64,000 bases of DNA, taken from the NCBI RefSeq assembly GCF_009914755.1, contig NC_060930.1. One strand, written 5' to 3'. Made by a program: the position numbers and the translations under genes. This document shows positions 40,934-58,400 of this stretch, one piece after another (within the stretch, counting starts at the first letter, position 1; each line of letters opens with the position of its first letter). This DNA is from the human T2T-CHM13v2.0 reference genome, Homo sapiens. The notes below the pieces were generated by a model. The model was not told the origin of the DNA. It saw nothing but the letters and a program-made list of their open reading frames with translations, and did no database searches.

Positions 40934-40975
40934 AAGGATCAGTAGATCTGGAAGATGTGTGAACCTAAAAATGTG
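40934..40975 (+). repeat. 42-bp dispersed direct repeat, copy 2
   Basis: Identical to 38125-38166. Confidence 0.95.
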
Positions 40976-41119
40976 AACTGTAGAACCCAAGAACTCAAGG
41001 TAGAAGTCCCTAATTTGAGGAATGAGTGTCTTGCATATTCTTCAAACCGTATGTCATAAATATCACTTTTTGTCAGTGGAACTTTGATAAGATTCAGACA
41101 GCTTGATCACTCAAGGCTG

Positions 41120-41151
<32 letters not shown>

Positions 41152-41167
41152 TATTTTTTTTTTTTTT
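41120..41167. repeat. (TA)n microsatellite plus poly(T)
   Basis: Directly visible. Confidence 0.95.
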
Positions 41168-43182
41168 GCAAAACCCCACATATTTATATAGATTATGAAG
41201 GCTCACAACAGCACGTTTCAAAAAAATTATGGAATCTTTAGATAATTTCTGGTGTATTTTGCTGATTTGTATAGAAATATGACTCTTGTTGCTTAGTGAT
41301 TTAATTTAAAGTGATAATTTATTGACCAGAATAGATTGGTATAATCCTATCCTTCTGAATTAACTTAAGAACTTGAATTTACTCATTAAAAATTTTAAAC
41401 ATCTGCCAGCCTGGAAAAAACAGAGGCATATATGAAAATAAGTGCTGAAACAGTGAAAAGGAAAATGGAAAATTAATTCAGAGGATTTGGAATTGTTCTA
41501 AAGTAAAAGTCATTTTTTAGATGGAAACACTTATTGGAGCTAACAAGATTTTTAGGGAGTGATTTCTTGATTGATCCCAGATTTTGGAGGTGTTCATTCC
41601 AAATCTTTGTCTGAGGTATTTTTTTAAAACCATAGAAATAGAGTTGGTAGCTTAGTAACTAATACTGCTTTGGAGGTTAACATTTTCAAGCAGGGCACCT
41701 TTGTGTTCACAAGAAATACAGAACCTACCAAAAAAAATGCAGCTTGAAATACAAAGCAGACATTTTGGCTAGTTATATGGGGTTAATAAGGTTAATAGGG
41801 GATAAAGACGTGGATGGAATTTTGTCACTTAAGAGTTTGTTTCTGTTACAGTGAAAATAGTGTCATGTCACAGGACATGAGAAAGGCTACATTAGCAGAA
41901 CTTATTTTGAAGGTTCCTAGATAATTGTTTTGTGCACAATCCTTAAACATAGTCTACTTTCTCAACTTTTGAGTCACAGAAAGTCACAAAAAACTGGTGG
42001 CTCACAGCTTAATCTAGTCTATTGATTTTTAATTTTTGTGTGTGTACATGTGTGTCTAGGAATGTGCAGAGTCAACACTTTTTTTTTTTTTAAACTGACT
42101 TTAAATGCTTTTTGCAGTAGCTTACACTGCCTCTTTGGTTCATCACTGGCCCCACTATTTCTACTCTCTTCACACTTTTGCCCATCTTACATGCATATTA
42201 ATTGTCTTCACTCTGATGGTATTTATATCTACCAATTTGTAACCATATAGAATAATTCTTGCCTCTGGCATCTGAAGGGAAGCTGGGTTGCTATTCTCAT
42301 TCTTTTTTTTTTTTAACTGCCTTTTTCTTTTTAATGAACAATTTTTTCAGCACTTTTAGGTAAATAAGAGAACAGAACATGCTTATAACACTCTTGCCAT
42401 TCACAGCATTAAACAGAGTGGTCATGAAAACAAACAAAAACCAGCTAACTTTAGAAGATTTACGGATACTAAGATTAAAAAGCAAACAAACTTCTCAAAT
42501 ATTTAGATACAGATGCCTGAATAGAATAACTGATTTCCTGAACTGTATGTTTGTGTACACATTGAAAGTTTCAAGAGTATGGCTAGACATCATGTTCAGA
42601 CCATCCAAGCAGACTCAGGAACTGGGTTCAAAAAACTTTGAGGAGCATCTTACTGTGAGGGTCTTTGGCTCAGAACTCAAACTTTTAGCAAAAAAGGCAG
42701 ATCAAGTGCCATAACTAAAATAAGAGCAGTTAATTTTTTCTTCTCCCCTCAACCCAAATCTAGACTCATTTCATGTTGACTTTATCAAATGATTTGATGT
42801 TGAGGATTTGAATGAAGCAATGTTTATACTTGTACTTGATTTTTCTAAAATGTTGTTTAAGAATAATTATCCAGATTGAGGACTCCTAGGAATTTTATTC
42901 ACCTTGTTTACCATCCTATGTACATGGTGGTTCTATTTTTCTCCAATTAAACTTTTATTTAAAAGGGTTTCTAGAAGAGATCTTTAAAATGCAAACATTG
43001 TAAGAAAGTTTTAAAACCACAGGACTTAAAATCTTCCTAACAACTACTTTTAATGACTCACATTTGCCAATTTTGTTACTTTTAAACATTTTAAATTTTG
43101 TGGTGGTTTTTATGATAATGTTACTCTCATTCTTTTGACTCTTTCTAGACGTGAGTAGTCTCATTACTCAGTGGGTTTAAGG

Positions 43183-43378
43183 CAATGGTGTGTTGGAGCA
43201 ACTCCTAGCAATCCACTGTACTTTCCAATTTCTTTCTAATCCATGATCAGGGACCCTTCAGTTGGTAGCTTGAAATCAGCCCTGGCGATATTTACACAAT
43301 AGAAATCTGCAACTGCTACAAATGGTCTTGGGGAAGGGAGGTGAGTTAGTTGTTAAATATTTACCAAGATACCAGTGG
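43183..43378. mobile_element. MER63-like hAT MITE
   Basis: Imperfect TIRs 'caatggtgtgttgg' ... 'ccaagataccagtg'; internal similarity to 6890-7040. Confidence 0.6.
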
Positions 43379-43574
43379 TTGGAGAATATACCTGAGTGCT
43401 ACAAAGTCTTATCTTAAAAGGATAGTAATTAACTCTTTGCTTTCATAGTAAACATTCATTTGGTACATTTAGCTTGCCAGGCATAGAGAGTGATTTTCTC
43501 CTGAAAGTAAATATTTACTGGGCTGAGCACTATAAGAATGGAAATGGGGTGAAGATGCCAAGTGCTAGAATTAA

Positions 43575-43780
43575 GATTATAGGTTCTGAGTTGAGACTTC
43601 TAGCGGATGAGCCCCAACTGTCCCAGTGGTTCTCACTGTGTATCTTTGGGAAAGTTGCTTAAACCCACTAAGCCTCAGTTTCCTCCTATGTAATAGGGAT
43701 TAAAACAAAATGTTTCCCATGGGTTTGCTTTGAGCACAGCGGCTGGCACATAGTAAACCCTCAATAAATGCTAATATTAT
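43575..43780 (+). mobile_element. MIR SINE
   Basis: 'ctgtgtatctttgggaaagttgcttaaacccactaagcctcagtttcctcctatgtaa...tggcacatagtaaaccctcaataaatg'. Confidence 0.8.
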
Positions 43781-43809
43781 AATTGCATTACCTACTAAAT
43801 GTTTTTCCA

Positions 43810-43990
43810 CATAATTTTATGAAATTATAAAACAGCACCATCATGCAGATAGAACAATTTTCATATTTTGGATGAGGAAACTAAGGCTCAGAGAGGTCAA
43901 ACAGCATCTCCATGATTGCACAAATGTTATGTGGCAGAGATAGACTTTTTCTTTTTAAATCTAGGTCCACTAGGTTCTACAGCATTGGCA
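43810..43990 (-). mobile_element. MIR SINE
   Basis: 'gatgaggaaactaaggctcagagaggtcaaa'. Confidence 0.7.
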
Positions 43991-44052
43991 AATCTTTAGA
44001 AGGCTTAGAATTTTCTCTTTTTAGTTATGGAATAATTGCCATAAACAACAAT

Positions 44053-45380
44053 GTAGGCTTAGGTTTGGCTGTAAGTACCAGAGGCAAAAAACCGTGTCTA
44101 ACATAAATTGTTGCTGCAGAACAAATCACCCCCAAACTAAGTGACATGCAGCAATCAAGCGTTTATCATGCTCACAGGTCAACTGGAGTGATTCAAACCA
44201 AGACTGAAGGTCTGTGGGTCAGCTGGGGTGATTCTTCCTAAATTGCAGATTTGAAGGAGAGCTTCAAATCCACTTATTACCCATTCTTCAGGAATCAATA
44301 GGCTACTAGGCTAAATTTTTTCTTGTGGCAATGACAGTAGCGTAAGAGGACAAGCTCAGCTATAAAATACAAACACACTTCAAGCTTTTGCTTGTGTATT
44401 ATCTGCTGGCATTCAGTTGGTCAGGGCCAAAGTCAAGGGATAGCGAAGTGTACTGTGCTTTTTGTTGGAGTAACTGTAAAGACACATAGCTGGCAGGATA
44501 TGAGGAAGGGTGAGGAATTGAGGGCAATATTCAGTCTATTACATTATGGAATAGTGGCTTTAAAATGTAGGAATTTATTTTTCTTTCATATGAAGATCTG
44601 GGGGTACTGGATCCAGGATTGTATGACAGCTCTTCTCCATGAAGCTTTGAAGAGTTGAGATTCCTATTTTATATATCATTGTTATGCCTAGCCTGGCCTC
44701 CATTGCTAAGATTAGGAGTTAATGAAATATTTCTATAAATGGCCAAATAGCAAGTATTTTACATTTTGTGAGCCATATGGTTTCTGTTGGAACTATTGAA
44801 CTCTGCCACTATAGTATGAAAACAGCCATAAACAGTAAGATGAATGAATGTGGCTGTGTTCTAATAAATTTTTTATGGACATTGATGATTTGAATTTTGT
44901 ATTATTTTGATGTGTCATAAAATATTCCTTTTTTGATTTTTTTTTCGCATCTAGAAAATGTAAAACTCATTTTCTTCCTGTCAGCTATATAAAAACCGTC
45001 AGTTGGTTGAATTGTTCCATGGGCTATAGCTTGCTGACTCCTGCCCAAGATATCTCAAGGATCAAATGATTGCTAAGTCATCACAGCTGTATTAGTCAGC
45101 AGGCAGGAGGAAGGGATGAAAAAACAGGGGGAAAAGGGCATATTACATGCTGGTTGGATTTTTAAGAAAAACTGCGAAAAGCTGCCACATGGCATTCCCA
45201 CTTATATCTCATTGGCTAAACTTAGTGACATGGTCACACCTAGCTGCAAGGGAAGCTGGGATAAGTAGTAGACTTTACTGTGATCAGTTAAACTCCCTGG
45301 TTAAAAATTGTGAGTTCTCTCTCTGTAAAGAAAAGGTAAAACAAATGCTATGGGACAACCAGCAGGCTCTGGCATCCAGT
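44053..45380 (-). mobile_element. Old MLT1 LTR interrupted by a second MLT1 (~44095-44543) and a MER58-like element
   Basis: MLT1 motifs ('cattggctaaacttagtgacatggtcacacctagctgcaagggaagctggga') resume after each insert. Confidence 0.55.
44713..45043. mobile_element. MER58-like hAT-Charlie element
   Basis: 'ctataaatggccaaatagcaagtattttacattttgtgagccatatggtttctg...gggctatagcttgctgactcctg'. Confidence 0.75.
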
Positions 45381-46432
45381 GTACAGAGTTTAGGGGTGAA
45401 GGGGCAGAAGAACTGAGTTCACTAACTACATCATTGGACATGAATAAATGTGTCACTAAATTATCTTTTTGTCATAGAAAATAGATACAATGCCTACTTT
45501 GAGAACAGTATCCTATAAGCCTCCTCCTTGAGAGAAAAACAAAAATCAGAAACATTTTTTTTATAAATGGGAAACTTAAAGTAAACATGAAACAAATTAT
45601 TTAACGCAAGTTTTTTCTTCTAGTTCTGTACATAAAGGCCCTATTCTGTGTGTCTACATAAACTGAATTTTTCATGCAATGAACATATCCCTTTAATTGT
45701 CAGACTTCTTAATCGTGTTTTGTAACTATCCACAATTATCTAAGCCATATTCTTAAACCTTGACTCTCATCTAAACTTGTCTGGATGTTGAAGTTGGTGA
45801 AACATGTGTCAGATAACCATAGTTAGTTATAAAACATGGCTCATTTAAGAAATGGTAATTGTTCATAAAGTTTGCCTCTTATCAGTCACTTCAAATATAA
45901 GCAAAAGTGAAATTACTGTGAGTTAAAAAAAAACCCAGTAACTTGACAATTTTTTCTTTCCTAGGACAAAGCCCTAATATTTTGCAATATCAGAAGCATT
46001 TAGTGCCCAGCATTCAAATGCCTCAGCCCAATATAATAACAATCCCAACTTAGGGGCCAGGTCTGTGTACAGGGAGCACCTGCCTCAAGTGCCTCTCATC
46101 CATCATTCTACTCTTCTGCCTCAGGGCTCTCTCCAGAGCTGTAGACCACAGTTTCATGCTGGTGCAGCCCACAGTGCAAGGGCAAACCCTCAAATAATGG
46201 TAAACAGGAATCAGTGGATAAGTGTTCCACCCTCCTAGATTTGGATGAAATATTCTGGGTTTTTTTTTTGTACTGATTTGAGAGTACAAAACATTTGAAC
46301 TGCTGCTGCTGATGATAGTGACCCCAAGGATTCATTTGTTTTCTCCTACCTTGTCTCATTGTCCCTGCCTCCTCACTCTTGCTTCCTGGTATTATTCCCA
46401 GAAAAACTACATTTGCATTTCTAACAATTTCT

Positions 46433-47075
46433 TTTTTTAGGCAGAGACAGGAGTTTTATTATTACTCAAATCAGTCTCCCTGAGCATTTGGGGATCACAA
46501 TTTTTAAGGACAACTTGGTGGAAGGTGGGGAAGCCGGTGAACTGAGAGTGCTGATTGGTCAGGTCAGAGATGAAATCATAGAGTCTTCTTGCACCAAGTC
46601 AGTTCCTGGGTGGGGACCATAAAAGCGGATGAGCCAGTTTATCAATCTGGGTGGTGCCAGTTGATCCATCAAATGCAGGGTCTGCAAAATGTCTCAAGCA
46701 CTGGTCTTAGGTTTTACAATAGTGAATTTTATCCCCAGGAGCAATTTGGGGAGGGTCAGAATCTTGCAGCCTCTAGCTGCATGACTCCTAAACCATAATT
46801 TCTAAACTTTTGGCTAATTTGTTAGTCCTACAAAGGCAGTTGAGTCCAGGGTTTGTTTTGGGAAAGGGCTGTTATCGTCTTTGTTCTAAACTATAAACTA
46901 AGTTTCTCCCAAAGTTAGTTCAGCCTACGCCTAAGCATGAACAAGGACAGCTTGGAGGTTAGAAACAAGATGGAGTTGGTTAGGTCAGATCTCTTCCACT
47001 GTCTCAGTTATAATTTTGCCATGGCAGTTCAATCCCTTCCTTTGGGTTTTATACCACCCTAAATGTGCCTGATCT
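46433..47075 (-). mobile_element. LTR8 (ERV1) U3-R with upstream PPT, poly(A) remnant and long TSD: processed ERV retrocopy
   Basis: Minus strand order: short internal piece, purine tract AAAGGAAGGGA, LTR8 start (TGAACTGCCATGGCAAAATTATAACTGAGACAGTG), AATAAA (46455-46460), 16 nt, then an A run. Near-identical flanks at 46410-46432 and 47076-47099. Confidence 0.8.
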
Positions 47076-47148
47076 CATCTGCATTTCTAACCAATTTCTA
47101 GGTGATGTTTATTCTGTTGGTTCAGGGACCACACTCTAAGAACCACTG
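47076..47148. mobile_element. MER5A 3' fragment
   Basis: 'atctgcatttctaacc...ggtgatg...cagggaccacactctaagaaccactg'. Confidence 0.75.
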
Positions 47149-48099
47149 TAATAGTGTGCTTTAAGATTCAAGCAACACCTTGATGGGAATGGGATAGAAT
47201 ACCTAGGGACATGGTGGGACACAGGTTTATAAGCAACCCTCAGAAGGGAGTAACCTAAGGAGAAAATAAAAGGAGCATGAGTATTGTCTATTAAAGTAAG
47301 AAATAGAGACCCAAGATCCAGAACATCAATGTAAGCCTGAGCAGGCTAGTCAATGATTAAAGAACACAGATAGTGTAAACTCACATGGAGCCAATCGGTA
47401 ACTAGATGCAGGGTCACACCTCAAGCCATAAGAAAACAAAAGCCATGATCAGGAAACCCACTGATAGACAGTGCAGGATTGAAGTCCAAGAGGTGTCTTT
47501 GTCTGTGTAACAGCTGGAACCCTAAAAATCAATGAGATGTGAGGGGTGCAGACCAATGCTACAATATCCAGATGTGGCTGGAATTAAATTATTACAGTGG
47601 CTTCTATTAGGTGCCTTCTTTTCTTCCTCCATTCCTCTCTGCCTTCCTTCCTTTCTTCAACAAATACTTGACATACTACTTGTTACTTGAGACTCCTGTG
47701 GATATTCAGAGAATTAATTTAACCTGATCCTCATATGTGTACTTCCTCACTTATCCCAATAGTCAGCATTCATTCACTTATTCATTAATTCATGGATATT
47801 GACTGAGTGCCTCCTAGGCAGCTGCCCTTGTTGAAGGCTAGAAATGCAGTCTCAGGGCTGAGGTGAGCTCAAGTCTCTTGAGGGTTTATGTTACTGTACA
47901 GGTTATAGTATGTGAAGTTGTCAAACTCTTCATCACGGTGTGTCAGGGTTTATCAGGCATCCCCCAAGATGTTTCACTAATACTGCTCTTAAACCGTCTC
48001 TTTCTTTCTCATAGCATTGACCTAGTTGCTGTGAATATTTTTCTTTTTAAATTGACAAATGAAGAGTACTGAGTTGATAAGTGTTAGAGTTAAAATGAA

Positions 48100-48335
48100 G
48101 TTAAAGTCTAGATTATTTTGTCTCAGGTAGCATTAGTTTTGACCTCCAAGCTTGCTACTTAGTTTGGCATTGTGATGGGACTGAGCCTCCTAGCCCCAAT
48201 TTTCTCATCCATTGAAACAGGCTTGAATATCTCCCTATGGGGTTGTTTTAAGAATAAAATGAGGTGATGCATATAAAGTGTTTAGCAGAGCACCTAACAC
48301 AAAGTACAGAACACTCAGATGAATGTCAGTTAATA
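48100..48335 (+). mobile_element. MIR SINE
   Basis: 'gggttgttttaagaataaaatgaggtgatgcatataaagtgtttagcagagcacctaacac'. Confidence 0.65.
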
Positions 48336-50241
48336 GGAATTTGTATGGTCTCACATCAGAAATCCAGAACTGGAAGGCCCAGACTTTCAGTTCTCAGTCT
48401 GCTGGCTCTGTGTGTTGTCTTTCATCCCCAGCATGTTTGTTCCTTGTTGCAAGATGACTACTGCTGCTCGAGAACAGGACTCATGGAAAGACAAAAAGGG
48501 AGGGGATACTGAGTGAGAGGAACATCCTTGTGGATCTTGCTTTTTAAATCAGGGAGTGAAAATTGTTACCCAGAACATCTCTATGGAATCCCTTTTTGGC
48601 TCCTCTACTGGCAAATGAAGCTGGTAAATTGGACAGCTAGCATTATCAGATTGTCATGGGGAAGGTGACTAGTAGAACGGGGGAAGGAAATGGCATTTGC
48701 TTAGCAACACACAGTATTTGCCACATATGCTGAAAGACAAATAGATTTTTTTTCCTTTTAGATTTCCTGAGGGGGAATATTTAATTAAAGTGTTTAAAGT
48801 GCCTCTCTCTCTTTTCCTCATTTGTTTCAATGCCTCTACACATGCATCATTTAGCCAGTGGAAAATACAATACCCGGTGGGCTTACTGTGCACACAACAT
48901 TATAGGAAATTCAGTACAAACACAGAGGTTTCTAATAGGGACACTATACTATTAAGACCATGTATCCTTCTGAAAGTAATTTTTTCTTTCCCTCTTGTTT
49001 TATTCTTTTGATACTGTCTGGTTTCCCTTTCATTAGTGCAAACTCTATATAATAAGGTCAGCATTTATGTGCAAAGCATGGTGCTGGACAACTTGGGGAA
49101 GACTCAGAAGAAAAAGGAGACACCATTACAGCCTTAATAAATTTAGCATATAGTGGAAATGAAGAAAGGAGGGACAAAACAGGCAGTCAGGGTAGCATGC
49201 ACAAGGAAGATGAAAGGTTATGGGTAGTAAATCAAGTACAGACTCAAGCCATGGCCCAGACATCTTCCTCATCCCTAGGATGCCAGGGTTCAGACAAAGG
49301 AATGTGCTAGTGGCAATGGCCTGTATACCGTTTTCTTAATTTCATTCCCTGCCATCAACCCAACTCCTCAGCAAATTGAGGTAGATATAGAGGCAGCACA
49401 AGAATGTTCATGCCATTGAAAATGTTGTTTTTTGACTAAAAAATAGCGAAGTAAACTTTCAAGCTCTGGGCCTGGTGTTTTATTTACCTTCTCAGGTTTT
49501 GTTGGGACATAATAGGTGTTTATTATATTAAATCATGAATAGAAGACTGGATCTGATCCCATGTTCACTGAATCAGATCATGTTCTTAAATATTACTCAT
49601 ATTACAAAGATTGTGTTTCCAGGGGAACCATACAACACTTTAACATGGGGGGAAAAGAGAAAAAGGGCAGAAAAAAGAAAAATGGAGACTAATAACTTAG
49701 TGGATAGGAAAATGTAAAACAATCCTCGAAATGGAAAGATTCAAAATCATAAATAGGATATCTTGATTTTTTAAAATCTTCAGCCTCCTGGTCCACATCC
49801 CAGTTTGCCACGTATTCTGCATGTTAGACGTGATTACTATGTGTAGTGACTCTTTTCAAAACTGTATTATTTAAAGCTACTTCTGTTGCTCATTCTGAGT
49901 TTGCAGCTGATAGAGATTATTGTATAGTGGTCAGACCATAGCTGCTGTCATGAATCCCACAATGAATAAAATACCACTAGTATGTCTAAAACCAATTTTT
50001 TTGGGAGGGAGATGGTAAAAAAAAAATATGGACCAAAATATTTAATTGAATTACCTGCCAATTTTTAAATTTTAATTTACAAAGTTTTCATGGAAAATAA
50101 GTCTTTTTTTTAAAGTTACAAAACATTTGTTTGCATTTATTCATAAAATTACATACAATCTTTTCTGTACATTATATGTAAGGAGTAGATCTAAGCCTCC
50201 TTTATTTTTAGAAGATTGTGGGCATTAACATTTATGCATAG

Positions 50242-50561
<320 letters not shown>

Positions 50562-52059
50562 AGATTGATGTTTTTGTGTTATTTTTAATAATGGATAGTC
50601 TTGAACCCTTTGGCATTTTAGAATGAAAGGTATAGTTTCAAGGTCTATAGGAAAATACTAGGTTTTCATCATTGCTTTATTTTGGTAAGACTACCTGTTT
50701 GGTCCTATGGTATCAACAGTACAGTACCCAGTTTCCATGGTAATTGAACATCAGTTTATTTCTGCAAAATCTAGGTTATTTAGTCTTAAGTGAGACCATC
50801 TGTGGGACATAAGCTGTCTAGTTCATGTGGGGCTACATCAAGCCCAGTCCAGTTCCTTGTTAGTCTTTTCTAATAAAGAAAGAAATTTCTTAAGATACAA
50901 ACTCAGCCAGGGCTTCCTTGGTACAATGTAAAGCCCCTGGCATGGAGTGGGTACTCAGGAAATAGCTGCTGTATTAAGGAAACATGGCCAAAGAAGGATT
51001 AGAATCTAAGTCCTTAGGATAAATTCAGAATTAGCATTCCTTTTGATGAAAAATTCATCTAAAAAATGTGTTTAATTGAGTACATTTTCTAGGCATTAAC
51101 ATGCTTTTATAAACAAATCCATCACTAGGAACCTTCCACATGAATCAAGCAATTCTAATAAATAATGCTTGAAATTCATATGGGCTTAATAAATAATGGA
51201 AAAATTCACTTTAGCTTTTGCCAAATTTCAAATATTGGCAAAAAAAGTTGCAGAACATTTGATCAACAATCTAGATATTTCCACATGTAACAAACTACAA
51301 ACATGATATAAATATGTAATGAATATATTTAGAAATTATGATAATTGTTTGTACATAGTCTATCCATAGCTTTTGTTTATATGTCACAGAAACTTTTCTG
51401 TGAAGTATGGTTCATATATTTTGAATTCGTTTTTCTCCCATGTACAGTAGGCAAAAAAATATTTGTTTGTGGTATGTCTCATTGCCTTGTACTTTTTAAA
51501 ACTGTTTTCAGATGTCAATCTGTGTAATGTGATAACTCACCATAAGGATTTCATGAAATGTTTTTAGTTCTTTTAGAAGACCAAAGCAGATTTATAAAAA
51601 TAAATATTTGTTAAAAACAGTGTTCTCTGTGAAAAATTTAATGGTTAAAAAATAGAGAAAAACAGAGCCTTAATCAATGTATTACCTCCCCTGAAGATGT
51701 TGAAATTCAGTGAAAGAATATAATCCAGGTTTGAGATGTCAATCTGGTCCAACTATTGTGTACTCTCTATATAAATCCCACACCAGTATCTCTTGAAAGT
51801 AATTTTCCAGACTTTATACGGATATTTCCAGAGACAAAGAACAAAGTACTTTATTCCATTTGGGACAACTATAATTTCATAGAGCTCATTCTTATAATGT
51901 GAGTCAAAAACTGCCTCTCTGACTCTTCTTAGCATTCGTTGACTCTTGTGTTCTCTAAATCATTTAGAAATGAGGTTTCTTTCTTACAAGACAGTTCTTT
52001 AAACGTCTTGAGAAAACTATCATATTTTTAATGGCTTCCCTTTAGAATTTAATATTCTT

Positions 52060-52130
52060 TTATTTTTTTCCTTTTTTTTCCTCTTCCTTTTCTCTCTCCT
52101 TTCCTCTCTTTCTCCTTTCTTCCATTTCTA
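52060..52130. repeat. CT-rich polypyrimidine tract
   Basis: Directly visible. Confidence 0.8.
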
Positions 52131-52936
52131 CCAGATTTTCATGGTAGGTGGGGATTGACATGATCCCCTTTCTACAAGGAATCATGGTAATTCCTTTAGT
52201 AGCCAGTTAAATAGAGTGCTGTGAGGGCTCACAAAATGAGCAGAAGTCATGTGAGGCTTCACAGCAGGATGGCACCAAGTTGTAGAGAATGAGTGGTAGG
52301 AAAAACCTGGCCAGCTGGGAGCTGTCTTTGGGGAATGTCTTTCTAAGCAGAGAAAATAACATTCCTGGCCCTGAAGGAACCCTTTTACTCCTCAAGGAAC
52401 TTCATTTATATTGTTTCTTCCATCCTGGTTGCTCCCTTCATATCTGTCCCAGTCTGGCTACACTTTAGGACTGTTGATAGGTAGGTTAAAAAAATTAACC
52501 TAAAAAAATTAACTATTTCAGCAACAAACAGTACACCTTATTTCTACACATGTTTAGGTGCAAGAAAGACAGTGTACTAAGTTGGGTTTTAAGAGAGTGT
52601 TCATTGTTAGGAAGTGAGTTAGGACATTGGAAATTAGGGAGGGAGAAAATGTAGTGGCAGTCAGGCAGAAAATAAAGACACTAAGTGGAAAAAGAGGGAT
52701 TAACGGTCATTAAAAAATGAAAAGTATGAAAGAAAATGAATAGGATGCTTCCTGTATGGATGAACTTAAAGTGTGTTATAATCACGGCTTTGAGTATTAA
52801 CATAGTTGTAAATGTGGAAATCCCTTGTCAATGTTGTGATTATTTTCAGTATTCTAAACTACTGTGTCCACCTATGTGAAGGAAAAAAGAGATGTTTTCC
52901 TCATGAATTCTTCACATTAAAATACATTCAATATTC

Positions 52937-53771
52937 TAACCCATCGCAAGGAAGCTAAAAACCTTGAAAAAAGGTTAGATGAATGGTTAACTGAATAAAC
53001 ATTATAGAGAAGATCTTAAATGACTAGATGGAGCTAAAAACCATGGCATGAGAACTTCGTGATGCATACACAAGCTTCAATAGCCGATTCAATCAAGTGG
53101 AAGAGAGGATATCAGTGATTGAAGATCAAATTAATGAAATAAAGCAAGAAGACAAGATTAGAAACAAAAGAGTAAAAAGACACACACAAAGCCTCCAAGA
53201 AATATGAGACTATGTGAAAAGACCAAATCTATGTTTGATTGGTGTACCTGACAGTGACAGAGAGGATGGAACCAAGTTGGAAAACACTCTTCAGGATATT
53301 ATCCAGGAGAACTTCCCCAACCTAGCAAGGCAGGCAAACATTCAAATTCAGGAAATACAGAGAACACCACAAACAAACCTCGAGAAGAGCAACCCCAAGA
53401 CACATAACTGTCAGATTCACCAAGGTTGAAATGAAGGAAAAAATCTTAAGGGCAGCCAGAGAGAAAGGTCAGTTTACCCACAAAGGAAGCCCATCAGACT
53501 AACAGTGGCTCTCTTGGCAGAAATCCCACAAACCAGAAGAGAGTGGGGGCCAATTTTCAACATTCTTAAAGAAAAGAATTTTCAACCCAGAATTTCATAT
53601 CCAGCCAAACTAAGCTTCATAAGTGAAGGAGAAATAAAATCCTTTACAGACAAGCAAATGCTGAGAGATTTTGTCACCACCAGGCCTGCCTTACAAGAGC
53701 TCCTGAAGGAAGCACAAAACCTGGAAAGGAACAACTGGTATGAGCCACTGCAAAAACTTGCCAAATTGTAA
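52937..53771 (+). pseudogene. L1 ORF1p remnant
   Basis: KRPNLCLIGVP...ENFPNLARQANIQIQEIQRTP and FQPRISYPAKLSF...ALQELLKEA; stops and frameshifts. Confidence 0.93.
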
Positions 53772-53834
53772 ACACCATCAATGCTATGAAGAAACTGCAT
53801 CAATTAATGGGCAAAATAACCAGCTAACATCATA

Positions 53835-57639
<3,805 letters not shown>

Positions 57640-58352
57640 ACAATGAGAACACATTGACACAGGAAGGGGAACATCACACACCGCGGCCTGTTGTGGGGTG
57701 GGGGGAGAGGGGAGGGATAGCATTAGGAGATATACCTAATGTTAAATGACGAGTTAATGGGTGCAGCACACCAACATGGCGCGTGTATACATATGTAACT
57801 AACCTGCATGTTGTGCACGTATATCCTAGAACTTAAAGTATAATAAAAAAAAATTCACATTGGTACATTTCACATCTTTATGGCCCTTGTTTTTTCTTTT
57901 TCTCAATACTCTGTGATTTCCTAATTTAGTCTGTATATTTAGAATACACGTGATTCAATGGAATCAGTACTTTTTAAAAAATTACCATCAACCCATTATT
58001 TGAGAATTTTTAAAAAATTTTACACAATTCTGAATCGTACTATTTGAAAGGAAAATTCCCAGTGGAAATGTATTTTCTGTTAAGCAAATAAAATTTTATT
58101 CTCTTTCTTGGGATAGTTTTCTTAAAAGCATAAAATTGTTTTCCGCAGTTATGGAAGTATATGAATAAGAGCATGTTTTATCTTCTCAGTTATTGAGCAC
58201 AGCTCTAATTTCACCCAGTTTTAAATGAATGATGTAGCTCCTGAGTAATATGCTGGTTGTGGTCCCATTTAACTCCAATGCTTGTGATGTCTACAGTCTT
58301 TTTCCAGATCCCAATCCTGCTCTTTCTTCAAGGTCCAGCCTTCTGGACCTTT

Positions 58353-58400
58353 TGTTTCAGTTTCCTTTCGTATTTCTGTTTCAGTTTCCTTTCTTATTTC
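58353..58400. repeat. 24-bp tandem duplication carrying ISRE-like motifs
   Basis: TGTTTCAGTTTCCTTTC(G/T)TATTTC twice. Confidence 0.9.

Noticed and set aside
51216-51244. TTTTGCCAA...TTGGCAAAA inverted repeat
   Set aside because: 9-bp AT-rich arms are expected by chance in 64 kb
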